Below, in pieces: positions 50,833 through 60,008 of a stretch of 64,000 bases of DNA. Every line of letters starts with the position of its first letter. Position 1 is the stretch's first letter. Both the position numbers and the translations under genes were made by a program. The notes under the pieces are model-generated. The model was given only the letters and a program-made list of their open reading frames with translations. It was not told the origin of the DNA and did no database searches. This DNA is from Alphaproteobacteria bacterium (GTDB lineage: Bacteria > Pseudomonadota > Alphaproteobacteria > UBA8366 > Aestuariispiraceae), in the NCBI GenBank assembly GCA_024743195.1, contig JANSXE010000011.1, positions 54,335-118,334 on the forward strand. Direction: 5' to 3'.

Positions 50833-51383
50833 GGCGCCGCTCCCTCGGCGCGGGCGTCCGCGTCACCCGCCGCCGCGCCGTCCGCCCCTTTTTGGGCCTG
50901 CGCTTCGGCGGCGGCGAGCGCCGCCTCGACGATCTTCACATAGCCGGTGCAGCGGCACAGATGGCCGGACAGGGCCTCGCGCACACGGGCGGCGTCGGGC
51001 CGCGGCTCGGCGCGCAAGAGCGCCGTCAGCGCCATCGTCATCCCCGGCGTGCAGAAGCCGCACTGCACCGCGCCCCCATCCACCAACGCCTGCTGCACCG
51101 GCGACAGGCGGGCGCCGCGCAGCAGGCCTTCCGCCGTCTCCACCCGTCGGTCGGCGCAGGTCGCCGCGACAGTGAGGCAGGCGCGCACCGGCTGGCCGTC
51201 CAGCAGCACCGTGCAGGCGCCGCACAGGCCCTGATTGCAGCCGCGCTTGGCGCCGGTCAGGCCCAGCCGCTCGCGCAGGAGGGTGAGGAGGGTCTCCCCG
51301 CCGCCGCAGGCGAGCGCCTGCGCGCGTCCGTTCACCGTCACGCGCAGTGGGACCAGCGCGTCCTCGTCGAGCTCCGCCGTCAT
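50829..51383 (-). CDS. [2Fe-2S]-binding small subunit of the molybdenum hydroxylase
   Basis: 184 aa with the two cluster motifs CNQGLCGACTV and CGFCTPGM...C.C. Confidence 0.9.
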   Translation of the reverse strand: MTAELDEDALVPLRVTVNGRAQALACGGGETLLTLLRERLGLTGAKRGCNQGLCGACTVLLDGQPVRACLTVAATCADRRVETAEGLLRGARLSPVQQALVDGGAVQCGFCTPGMTMALTALLRAEPRPDAARVREALSGHLCRCTGYVKIVEAALAAAEAQAQKGADGAAAGDADARAEGAAP

Positions 51384-52300
51384 GCGACGCCTCCTGCTTG
51401 GGGGCCAGTGCCGGATCGCGCCCCGGATCGCGCCGTAAAGGCCGCGGCGGCGCGGCGCACCGCACGGCCGACGATCCGCGGCAACAGCCGACGGCGATAG
51501 TCGGCGCTGCCGCGCATGTCGTCGATCGGATCGCTGAGATCCGCCAGTGCGGCGCCCAGCGCGGCCAGACCGTCCTCCGTCAGCGGCCGGCCGATCAACG
51601 CCGCCTCCGCCTCCCGGCGTCGGATCGGGGTCGGCGCGACGCCGCCGGCCGCGACCCGCAGGGCCGCGACCGCGCCGTCCTCTGCGAGCGCCACGCAGGC
51701 GGCCGCCGCGACGGTCGCGAAATCGCCGTCGGCGCGGGTGAATTTCTCGTAGTGCACGGCGGCGTCCGTCGCATCGGGCGGGACCACCACCCCGGTTACG
51801 ATCTCGCCCGGCGCCAGCGCCGTCTCCAGCCAGTCGACGAAGAACTCGTCGGCCGGCACGGCGCGCGCGCCCTCGGGTCCCGCGATCTCCACCACGGCGT
51901 CGGCGGCGGTGATCGCGGTCGGATAGTCGGCCGACGGGTCGGCGTGGCTGATCGAGCCGCCGATGGTGCCCATGGTGCGGATCGCGGGGTGGCCGATCCG
52001 CCGGGCCGCCGCCGCCAGGATCGCCTGCGCCCCCGCAAAGCCGTCATGGGCGGCGACCGTGGCGTGGCGCGCCATCGCGCCGACCCGCACCGCGCCGTCC
52101 GCCTGCGGGTCGATCGACGCGAGACCGGGCAGCTTGCGCAGGCTGACCAGCAGGCTGGGCGCGGTCAGGCCGGCGTTCATCATCGCGACCAGCGTCGCGC
52201 CGCCCGCGAGGCAGCGCGCCTCCGGGTCCGCGGCGAGCAGGCTCAGGACCTCTTCGATCGAGTCGGGCTCCGCGAAGCGCATCGCGTGATCCATTCCCAT
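51380..52300 (-). CDS. FAD-binding medium subunit of the molybdenum hydroxylase (CoxM-like)
   Basis: About 300 aa with AGGATLVAMMN and GTIGGSISHADP. An alternative start is ATG 52282 (MRFAEP). Confidence 0.85.
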   Translation of the reverse strand: MGMDHAMRFAEPDSIEEVLSLLAADPEARCLAGGATLVAMMNAGLTAPSLLVSLRKLPGLASIDPQADGAVRVGAMARHATVAAHDGFAGAQAILAAAARRIGHPAIRTMGTIGGSISHADPSADYPTAITAADAVVEIAGPEGARAVPADEFFVDWLETALAPGEIVTGVVVPPDATDAAVHYEKFTRADGDFATVAAAACVALAEDGAVAALRVAAGGVAPTPIRRREAEAALIGRPLTEDGLAALGAALADLSDPIDDMRGSADYRRRLLPRIVGRAVRRAAAAFTARSGARSGTGPQAGGVA

Positions 52301-52439
52301 CCGGTTCTTGTCTTATAATTGCTTGAAAGCATTTCGCATCGCCAGCGCCCGGTCAATACCAAACGGTATTTGTTTTTGACGCCAACGGTGCTAGGCAGGG
52401 ACCGCGGGCGGGCGCCCGGGACCGACGTCGGAGGGTGGG

Positions 52440-53612
52440 ATGTTCGAGTATTTCGGCGGCAATTACTCCTGGGACCTCGGCGTCCTGATGGCGCTGCAGC
52501 TCGGCGGCCAGGCGTCCGAGATCGACGAGGCCTGCCGCCCCCTGCGCCCGCTGGCCGCCGCGCCGGACGCCAAGACCAATCCCGAGATCCAGCGCGCCTG
52601 GCTGGAGGCCTGGCTGGCGCTCGCCGCCAAGCTGGAGGCGAAGGCGGAGGCCGACGCCGCGGCCGGCCACGGCCTGAGCGCCGCGGGCAAGCTGCGCCGC
52701 GCCGCCGTCTATTACCAGACCGCCGACCGGATGGCCCCGCATGACGACCCGCGCAAGGCGCAGGCCTATGACGCCATGCGCCGATGCTTCCGCAAGGCGG
52801 TCGAGGGCGCGGGCGTCCCCATGGAGTGGGTCGAGGTTCCCTACGAGGGAACGACTTTGCCCGCGCTCTTTCTGCCCGGCGACGGGCCGGGACCGCACCC
52901 GTGCATGATCGGCTTCGACGGCTTCGACGTGACCAAGGAATGGAGCTATCTCTGCGGGCTGGCCGACGGCTTCGCGCGGCGCGGTCTCGCCTGTCTTCTG
53001 GTCGACCATCCGGGCGTCGGCCTGGCGCTGCGCGAGCGCGGCCTGCCCGCGGTGGTCGAGACCGAGCGCCCGGCGGGCGCCTGCGTCGACTATCTGCTCG
53101 CGCGCGGCGACGTCAGCGACCGGATCGGGATCGTGGCCATGAGCCTCGGCGGCTACTACGCGCCGCGGGCGGCGGCGTTCGAGAAGCGGCTCAAGGCCTG
53201 CGTGGCCTGGGGCGCGCGCTGGGACAACGCCGGCTCGCACGGGCGCATCCTGCGCGATCCGACGGCGGCGCGCTCGATCCCCGGCTGGATCGACCATGCG
53301 CTCAAGGTCTACGGCCAGCCGGACGTCGAGCGGTGCGCCGAGATGATCGCGCGCATGACCCTCGAGGGCGCGGCCGAGCAGATCGAATGCCCGCTGCTGG
53401 TCGTGCACGGCGAGAACGACCGCCAGGTGCCCTTCGAACAGGCGCAGCAGACGATCGACGGGGCGATCAACAGCCCGCGCCGCGACCTGCGCGTCTTCAC
53501 CGTCGAGGAAGGCGGGGCGGAGCACGTCAACGGCGACAATTTCAGCCTCGCCGTCGACGTGATCGCGGACTGGTCGGCGGACGTGCTGGGCGGCGCGCCG
53601 CAGCCCCGCTAG
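52440..53612 (+). CDS. Alpha/beta hydrolase with N-terminal helical lid (possibly a C-C/C-N hydrolase of the dihydropseudooxynicotine-hydrolase type)
   Basis: 390 aa with the nucleophile elbow AMSLGGY, and late acidic/His residues in VVHGENDRQVP and GGAEH. The subfamily suggestion is from memory only. Confidence 0.6.
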   Translation: MFEYFGGNYSWDLGVLMALQLGGQASEIDEACRPLRPLAAAPDAKTNPEIQRAWLEAWLALAAKLEAKAEADAAAGHGLSAAGKLRRAAVYYQTADRMAPHDDPRKAQAYDAMRRCFRKAVEGAGVPMEWVEVPYEGTTLPALFLPGDGPGPHPCMIGFDGFDVTKEWSYLCGLADGFARRGLACLLVDHPGVGLALRERGLPAVVETERPAGACVDYLLARGDVSDRIGIVAMSLGGYYAPRAAAFEKRLKACVAWGARWDNAGSHGRILRDPTAARSIPGWIDHALKVYGQPDVERCAEMIARMTLEGAAEQIECPLLVVHGENDRQVPFEQAQQTIDGAINSPRRDLRVFTVEEGGAEHVNGDNFSLAVDVIADWSADVLGGAPQPR

Positions 53613-54925
53613 CCCCCGCCGAGATCCAACAGCCCGGTCGCCAGCCAGGGCATGAAGACGACCGCGGTCAGCAATAGCAGCGAGAGGCCGACGAAAGGCG
53701 CGGCGGCCAGATAGACCTGCCGCATCGTCGTGTCCGGCGGCGCGACGCCCTTCATGACGAACAGCAACAGGCCGAACGGCGGCGTGGTCAGGCTGATCTC
53801 CATGACCAGCAGCAGGATGACGCCGAACCAGATCGGCTCGAAGCCCGCCGCCGCCGCCATCGGCATGAAGAAGGGAAGCGTGATCAGCAGCATGCTGAGC
53901 TGGTCCATGAAGGCCCCGAGCATCAAGAGGATGCCGATCATCGCGAGCAGCAGCACGAGGCTGTCGAGGTTGAGCGCCTCGACCGCGCCGATCAGCCCGG
54001 AGGTCGCGCCGGAGAAGGCGAGAATCTGCGAGAAGGTCAGCGATCCCGCGATAATCAGCAGGATCGTGACGGTGATCTTCGTCGTCTCCATCAGCGCGCG
54101 GCGCAGGGCGTCGAGCGTCAACCGGCGGTACAGCGCCGCCGCCGCCAACGCTCCCATGGCGCCCAGGGCGGCCGACTCGCTGGGCGTCGCAAGCCCCGTC
54201 AGGATGCCGCCGACGACGATGACGAAGAGACCGAACAGTGGGACGACATAGATCAGAAAGGGCCGCAGGCGTTCGCGCAGCGGCAGGGGCTCGACCTGCT
54301 GCGTCGGGGCCAAGGCCGGGTTCATCCCACAACGCAGCAGCACATAGCCGACGCATAGCGCCGCCATCAGCAGCCCCGGCACCACGCCGGCGACCAGCAG
54401 CTTGCCGATCGATATGCCGGCGAGGCTGCCGAGCAGCACGGCGAGCGCCGACGGCGGGATCAGCATCGCGATCCCGCCCGTCGCCATGATCGGCCCCATG
54501 GCGATGGTGGGATGGTAGCCGCGCCTGCGCATTTCCGGCAGAAGCGTGCTGCCCAGCAGGGCCGTGTTCGCCATCGTCGACCCGGACAGGGTGGAGAACA
54601 CCGTGCCTCCGCCGACCGCGACCAGGGCCAGCCGGCCGGGCACCCGCAGGATCAACCGGTCGACGGCGTCGATGGCCCGATGGGCGAGATGCGTCTGAAA
54701 CAGGATCTCCCCCATCAGCACGAACATCGCGATCGGCGCCAGCGAGAAGGAGGCGACGGCGTTGACCGCGTTGCGCGCGAGCTGAACCAGCCCCGCCTCG
54801 CCCCCCAGGAAGACCAGCGCGCCGACCACGTTGACGCCCAGAAAGGCGAAGGCCACCGGCGTTCCCAACATCATCAGCAGCAGCACGCCGCCCATCAGCA
54901 GAGACAGCGCCCAATACCACTCCAT
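53609..54925 (-). CDS. TRAP transporter large permease (DctM)
   Basis: 438 aa from the ATG at 54925, highly hydrophobic with about 12 TM helices. The start overlaps the dctQ stop. The listed 586-aa ORF is an over-extension. Confidence 0.85.
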   Translation of the reverse strand: MEWYWALSLLMGGVLLLMMLGTPVAFAFLGVNVVGALVFLGGEAGLVQLARNAVNAVASFSLAPIAMFVLMGEILFQTHLAHRAIDAVDRLILRVPGRLALVAVGGGTVFSTLSGSTMANTALLGSTLLPEMRRRGYHPTIAMGPIMATGGIAMLIPPSALAVLLGSLAGISIGKLLVAGVVPGLLMAALCVGYVLLRCGMNPALAPTQQVEPLPLRERLRPFLIYVVPLFGLFVIVVGGILTGLATPSESAALGAMGALAAAALYRRLTLDALRRALMETTKITVTILLIIAGSLTFSQILAFSGATSGLIGAVEALNLDSLVLLLAMIGILLMLGAFMDQLSMLLITLPFFMPMAAAAGFEPIWFGVILLLVMEISLTTPPFGLLLFVMKGVAPPDTTMRQVYLAAAPFVGLSLLLLTAVVFMPWLATGLLDLGGG

Positions 54926-55455
54926 CACATCGGCTCCTGCGCCGGGCGCGGCCCGCGCAGGCCGGCGAGCCGAAGCGCAAACTCGACGGCGAGGATCGCC
55001 GCCCCGATCGGCAGCGGGACCAGCAGCCAGACCTCGGGGAAGACGAAGGTCTTGAACACCAGCCGCCCCGCCTCCTGCGCCTTCCAGGCGGCCAGTCCGC
55101 CGGCGTAGACCAGCACCAGGGCGACCGCGCAGCCGATCGCGTCCGCCATCACGCCGGCCGCGGCGCGCGCACGCGCCGGCAGCGCGTCGACCAGGATTTC
55201 CACCGCGACGTGGGCGCCGTTGCGCAGGGCCCACGGGGCGGCCGCCACGGTCACGGCGTAGAGGCCGTATTCCGTCAACTCGATCACGCCCTCGATCCGC
55301 GGCAGGAAGGGCGCGTGACGGCTCACGGCGTCGAACGCGATCAGGGCGGCGATCGCGAAGAGAAGACACGCGGCCAGGACGGCGAGCCCGTTCAGGAGCC
55401 CGTCATAGATCCCGACCGCGCGTCGCACCGCGGCCTGCGGCGTGCGCGTCGACAA
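54925..55455 (-). CDS. TRAP transporter small permease (DctQ)
   Basis: 176 aa with 4 TM helices, positioned between the dctP-like and dctM-like genes. Confidence 0.8.
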   Translation of the reverse strand: MSTRTPQAAVRRAVGIYDGLLNGLAVLAACLLFAIAALIAFDAVSRHAPFLPRIEGVIELTEYGLYAVTVAAAPWALRNGAHVAVEILVDALPARARAAAGVMADAIGCAVALVLVYAGGLAAWKAQEAGRLVFKTFVFPEVWLLVPLPIGAAILAVEFALRLAGLRGPRPAQEPM

Positions 55456-55464
55456 GCGCGCCGC

Positions 55465-56433
55465 CTAACGCGACAACATGGCGCGCAGCGCCCCGATGCT
55501 CTCCGGGTCCTCTCCCTCCAGCAGCGACCAGTAGGCGTCGAGCGCCGCCTTCTGCAACGCCGCCGCATCCTCGTCCGGCAGGGTGATGACCTGCATGCCG
55601 GCGTCGACCATTCGCTGGCCGGCCGCGCGGTCCGCAGCCGCCATGTCGCGCGCCATCTCGGCTTCGACCGCCGTCGCGGCCTCCTGCAGGACGGCGCGCT
55701 GCGCGTCCGACAGCGAGTCCCAGCGCGCCTTGTTGACCGTGATGGTGACGATCGCGTGATAGAAGCCGGGATCGACCCGGTAGGCCGTCACCTCGTCCCA
55801 TCCGGCCGGCGCGACCTCCGACATCACGTTGGCGTAACCGTCCACGACCCCGCGCTCCATCGCGGTGTAGAGTTCGCCGCGGCTGGTCTCCACCTGGCGC
55901 GCGCCGATGGCGTCGAAGAAGTGGCGATAGGTCGGCGTCGTGCGCAGCGCATAACCGTCGAAATCGCTCAGCCGTTCGACCGGCTCGTCCAGGAACAGAT
56001 GGAACTGCAGGCCGTAGCCGTACTGGGCGAGGAACTGCCAGCCGGCCGCGTTGAAGCGCTGCTGCAGAAAGTCGACGGCGCCGTTCGCGCGCTGCTCCGC
56101 CGGCGGAACGGCGGCGAGCTGCAACGCGTCCGCCTCCAGGACCACGCCGCGATAATAGGCCGGCGGCAAGCCCGCCACGTCGATCACCCCCTCGGTCAGC
56201 GCATTCGGCATTTCCCGGCCTGGGATCGCCTCCGGTCCGAGGACCGGGTCGATCCGCACCAACCCCTCGCCCCGCTCGTTCACGCGCTCGACGAACTGGT
56301 TGAAGACCGATCGAAACAAGGACTTGTCCGACTTGATGAACATCGCGCCCTTGAGCACGGCCTCCTCGGCCTGGGCCGCGCCTCCGCCCAGGAGCGCCGC
56401 GGCGACGCCAAGCGCGCAGATCAGCTTCTTCAT
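55465..56433 (-). CDS. TRAP transporter substrate-binding protein (DctP family)
   Basis: 322 aa from the ATG at 56433, with a signal peptide MKKLICALGVAAALLGGGAAQA. It is the first gene of the P-Q-M order. Confidence 0.8.
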   Translation of the reverse strand: MKKLICALGVAAALLGGGAAQAEEAVLKGAMFIKSDKSLFRSVFNQFVERVNERGEGLVRIDPVLGPEAIPGREMPNALTEGVIDVAGLPPAYYRGVVLEADALQLAAVPPAEQRANGAVDFLQQRFNAAGWQFLAQYGYGLQFHLFLDEPVERLSDFDGYALRTTPTYRHFFDAIGARQVETSRGELYTAMERGVVDGYANVMSEVAPAGWDEVTAYRVDPGFYHAIVTITVNKARWDSLSDAQRAVLQEAATAVEAEMARDMAAADRAAGQRMVDAGMQVITLPDEDAAALQKAALDAYWSLLEGEDPESIGALRAMLSR

Positions 56434-56664
56434 GAAACCCTCCTCTGTTCTCATCTCTGTGTTCTGATTATTCCATCAGCCTGCGGAAAGATGTCCCATC
56501 GTGTCAATAACGATTATTGTTCGCTGTTGATCTTTCGCAGGTGACGGCGTCGATCCCCCTATGCAATCCGTCGATTTGACGGTAGCATTCACAAACGAAC
56601 ATCGTTCGATATTGGATCGAAGCGATGCATCGGCCCGTAACAGCGGACGAACAGGAGGGAGAGG

Positions 56665-57918
56665 ATGATGCAGGCGGCATACTGGGAGACGCACGGCGCA
56701 CGGCGCGCCGTACGCACGATGCTGGCGGGCGCCGCGGTGGCGGCGCTTCTGGCGGGCGGCGCCGGCCCGGCGCTGGCGGACGGGGCCAAGATCGGCGGCA
56801 GCTTCGGGCTGACCGGCGGCTTGGCGCCCTATTCGCCGTCGCTGGTGGACGCCGCGCGGCTGGCGCAGAGCCAGGTCAACGACGCCGGCGGCGTGCTGGG
56901 CGGAGATCTGGACCTGGTGGTCACCGACGACCAGACCAACCCGCAGGCCGCGGTGGACGCCGCGCAGAAGATGGTCTCGGTCGACAATATCGCGGCGATG
57001 ATGGGTCCGTTCGGCTCGGCGCAGGTGCTGGCGGTCGCGAACAATGTGACGATCCCGAACGGGGTGCCGCAGGTGGCCCCGACCGCGACCTCGCCGGAGC
57101 TGACCGGTCTCGACGACGACGACTTCATCTTCCGCGTGGTCGCGAGCGACAGCTTCATCGGCAAGGTGCTGGGCGACGTGGTGCGCGACGAGGGGATGGA
57201 TCAGGTCGCGCTGATGTATCTCAACAACGACTACGGCGTCGGGCTCGCCGACGCCTTCCGCGACGCCTTCACCGCCGCCGGCGGGACCATCGCCGGCGAC
57301 GCGGCGTTCGAGCCGAAGAAGAACTCCTATCGCGGCGAACTGGCGGCGCTCGCCGACGGCGGCGCCGCGACGCTGGTGCTGATCGCCTATCCGGCGGACG
57401 GCGGGACGACGATCCTGCGGCAGGCGTTGGAGAACGGCTTCTTCGAGCGCTTCGTGCTGACCGACGGCATGAAGGAGCAGAGCGTGCTCGACGAGATCGG
57501 GGCTGAGAACCTCGCCGGCTCGATCGGCGTTGCGCCAGAAGCCCCGCCGGAAACCCGGGCCGGAAGCCTGTTCGACGAGGCCTACGCCGCCTTTTCCGAC
57601 CATGCGACCGACAGTCTCTTCATCCGCGAGACCTACGACGCGACCATGCTGATCGCGCTCGCGATCGAGCAGGCGGGCTCGACCGACCGGGCGGCGGTCC
57701 GGGACGCGCTGCGCAAGGTGGCCAACCCGCCGGGCGAGACGGTGCTGCCCGGCGAGTGGGCGAAGGCGCGCGATCTGATCGCGGCCGGGAGCGACATCGA
57801 CTATCAGGGCGCGGCCGGGCCGCACGACTTCGACGCGGTCGGCGACGTCGCCGGCACGGTCGGGGTGTTCGAGATCACGGCGGACGGCTTCACCACCCGC
57901 ACGGTGATCAGCCCCTGA
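56665..57918 (+). CDS. ABC transporter substrate-binding protein, LivJ/branched-chain amino-acid type
   Basis: 417 aa with a signal peptide ending ALADG and type I PBP blocks (GGSFGLTGGLAPYS, AAMMGPFGS). Confidence 0.8.
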   Translation: MMQAAYWETHGARRAVRTMLAGAAVAALLAGGAGPALADGAKIGGSFGLTGGLAPYSPSLVDAARLAQSQVNDAGGVLGGDLDLVVTDDQTNPQAAVDAAQKMVSVDNIAAMMGPFGSAQVLAVANNVTIPNGVPQVAPTATSPELTGLDDDDFIFRVVASDSFIGKVLGDVVRDEGMDQVALMYLNNDYGVGLADAFRDAFTAAGGTIAGDAAFEPKKNSYRGELAALADGGAATLVLIAYPADGGTTILRQALENGFFERFVLTDGMKEQSVLDEIGAENLAGSIGVAPEAPPETRAGSLFDEAYAAFSDHATDSLFIRETYDATMLIALAIEQAGSTDRAAVRDALRKVANPPGETVLPGEWAKARDLIAAGSDIDYQGAAGPHDFDAVGDVAGTVGVFEITADGFTTRTVISP

Positions 57919-58006
57919 GGGCGGAGCCGAGGACTGAGGTTCCGACGAGACCCCGGACCGGAGCCCCTCGGGCCGACCTCCCTGCCGACCCGAACCGGTC
58001 CTCCTC

Positions 58007-58040
58007 GCCCCGCGCAGGCCCCTCCTGCGCGGGGCTTTTT
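58007..58040 (+). terminator. Rho-independent terminator after the LivJ-like gene
   Basis: A perfect 12-bp stem GCCCCGCGCAGG / CCTGCGCGGGGC with a 5-nt loop, followed by TTTTT. Confidence 0.8.
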
Positions 58041-58092
58041 GTGCAGCGGGGCGACCGCGCGTTCGGGGGTCGGGGGAGGGCCGGCGGGTTCG

Positions 58093-59091
58093 TCAGGCGG
58101 GCGGCCGGCCGCGGACGCCGTCTTCGGCGCCGGCCCCGTCCTTGACCTCCGGCGCGCGCGGCGGAGGCGGGGGCGTCTCGGCCAGCAGCCCATGCGGCGC
58201 GCGTTGCAGGATGATCTGCAGCGCGAGCCCGATCAGGAAGACCCGGATATAGGCGGCCCGCGTCGTCCATTCGACCGGAAGCTGGCTGGTCGCCACCTCC
58301 GTCGCGGACCAGAGCGCCCAGATCAGCACCGCCCCCAGGATCGCGCCGCGGTTGTTGCCGCTGCCGCCGGCGACCAGCATCACCCAGACGATGAAGGTGG
58401 ACATCAGGGGCTCGAAGGCCTCGGGCCCGATGAACTTCACATAGTGGGCGTAGACCGCCCCGGCGATTCCCATGATCGCCCCGCCGAGCACGAAGGCCTC
58501 CAGCTTGAAGGCCATGGCGTCCTTGCCGGCGGCCTCGGCCGAGCCTTCATTGTCGCGGATCGCGCGCAGCACCCGGCCCCAGGGCGCGCGCCGCGCGCGC
58601 TCCAGCGCCCAGTAGATCGCCAGCACCAGGGCTGCGACCAGCGCCATGAAGGCGAGTTCGTCATAGGGCCGGGCCAGATCCTCGAACGGCCGCGGCACGC
58701 CGGACAGGCCCATCGCGCCGCCCGTCACCTGCTGCTCGTTCTTCAGCACCAGACGCAGGATCTCCGCGATCCCGATCGTCCCGATGGCGAGGTAGTCTGC
58801 CTTCAAGCGCAGGGTCAGCCGGCCGATCGGCCAGGCGATGGCGGCCGCGATGGCGCCGCCCGCCACGAGGCCCACGGCCACCGGCATGTCGAAGCCGCCC
58901 AGGCGGCCCTCCGCCGCGGGGCTGGTCACGATGGCCGACCCATAGGCCCCGACCGCGAAGAAGCCGGCGACGCCCAGGTTGAACAGCCCCGTGAAGCCCC
59001 ATTGCACGTTCAGCCCGAGCGCCAGGATCGCGTAGATCCCGCCCATCGTCAGGACCGCGACGCCGTAGAGCAGCAGACCGGTCGCTTCCAT
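58093..59091 (-). CDS. Branched-chain amino-acid ABC permease (LivM-like)
   Basis: 332 aa from the ATG at 59091, with the GLNVQWGFTGLFNLGVAGFFAVGAY block. The listed 575-aa ORF is an over-extension. Confidence 0.85.
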   Translation of the reverse strand: MEATGLLLYGVAVLTMGGIYAILALGLNVQWGFTGLFNLGVAGFFAVGAYGSAIVTSPAAEGRLGGFDMPVAVGLVAGGAIAAAIAWPIGRLTLRLKADYLAIGTIGIAEILRLVLKNEQQVTGGAMGLSGVPRPFEDLARPYDELAFMALVAALVLAIYWALERARRAPWGRVLRAIRDNEGSAEAAGKDAMAFKLEAFVLGGAIMGIAGAVYAHYVKFIGPEAFEPLMSTFIVWVMLVAGGSGNNRGAILGAVLIWALWSATEVATSQLPVEWTTRAAYIRVFLIGLALQIILQRAPHGLLAETPPPPPRAPEVKDGAGAEDGVRGRPPA

Positions 59092-59093
59092 CG

Positions 59094-59978
59094 CTAAAGC
59101 ACCTTTCCGCGGAACAGACCGGTCGGCCGCCAGAGCAGCATCAGGACCATGATCGTGAACGCGATGGCCGATTTGTAGGTCGGCTCGATCAGCGGCTCCC
59201 CGAACAGCGGGTAGGTCGACAGCTCCTCCGCCAGCCCGATCACCATGCCGCCGACGATCGCGCCGTAGGGCTTGCCGATCCCCCCCAGGATCGCGGCGGC
59301 GAACATCGGCAGCAGCATGTTGAAGCCCATCAAGGGGCTCAACTGCGTGTCGACGCCCAGGAAGACGCCGGCGGCGGCGCACAGGCTTCCGGCCGTAATC
59401 CACATGGCGAGGATCACCCGCTCGGTGCGCACGCCGCAGACGCGGGCGAGATCGGGGTCGTCGCTGACCGCGCGCATCGCCTTGCCGGTGATCGTCCGCG
59501 TCAGGAAGAGGTGCAGCAGGACCACCAGCACGATCGCCGCGCCGAGGATGAACAGATGCTTCTCCTGCAGACGCAGGCCGGCCACGACCATCGGGCGCTG
59601 TATCCCGCTCTGATAGACCTGCGTGTCCGGGCCCCAGATCAGCATCAGCGCCGCGCGCAGCATCAGCGCCACCCCGAAGGAGGCGATGATCACCATCACC
59701 GTGCGTCGCCGGCGCAGCGGTCGGTAGCAGGTGCGGTCGACGCCGATCGCGACGAGCGCCGTCAAGGCCATCGCCGCCGGCAGCGCGAGATAGGCCGGCC
59801 CGCCCAACAGGTGGACCCAACTCAACGCGAAATAGGCGCCGATCGCCATCAGGTCGCCATGCGCCAGATGCGCGACCCGCAGGATCGAAAAGATCAGCGA
59901 GATGCCGATCGCGCCCAGCGTATAGATCGCGCCGACGACCAGTCCGGGGATCAGGTAGAAATTGATCAGGTCAAGCAC
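59094..59978 (-). CDS. Branched-chain amino-acid ABC permease (LivH-like)
   Basis: 294 aa with the N-terminal LINFYLIPGLVVGAIYTLGAIGISLIF and AHGDLMAIGAY. Confidence 0.85.
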   Translation of the reverse strand: MLDLINFYLIPGLVVGAIYTLGAIGISLIFSILRVAHLAHGDLMAIGAYFALSWVHLLGGPAYLALPAAMALTALVAIGVDRTCYRPLRRRRTVMVIIASFGVALMLRAALMLIWGPDTQVYQSGIQRPMVVAGLRLQEKHLFILGAAIVLVVLLHLFLTRTITGKAMRAVSDDPDLARVCGVRTERVILAMWITAGSLCAAAGVFLGVDTQLSPLMGFNMLLPMFAAAILGGIGKPYGAIVGGMVIGLAEELSTYPLFGEPLIEPTYKSAIAFTIMVLMLLWRPTGLFRGKVL

Positions 59979-60008
59979 GGCGTCGCGATCCCTTCCCTCA
60001 CGCTCCGC

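Noticed and set aside
48487-52300. Carbon monoxide dehydrogenase (coxMSL + coxG)
   Set aside because: The gene order and the CoxG neighbour resemble cox clusters. However, the large subunit shows an XDH-type FRGFGNPQ block, and I could not find a CODH active-site loop (VAYRCSFR or AYRGAGR type). The adjacent NicX-like dioxygenase and TetR gene point to heterocycle hydroxylation instead.
53609-53612. Convergent 4-nt overlap (CTAG) of the hydrolase and dctM stop codons as a regulatory feature
   Set aside because: It is a simple consequence of tight packing (TAG on plus, TAG on minus sharing CTAG). There is no associated structure.
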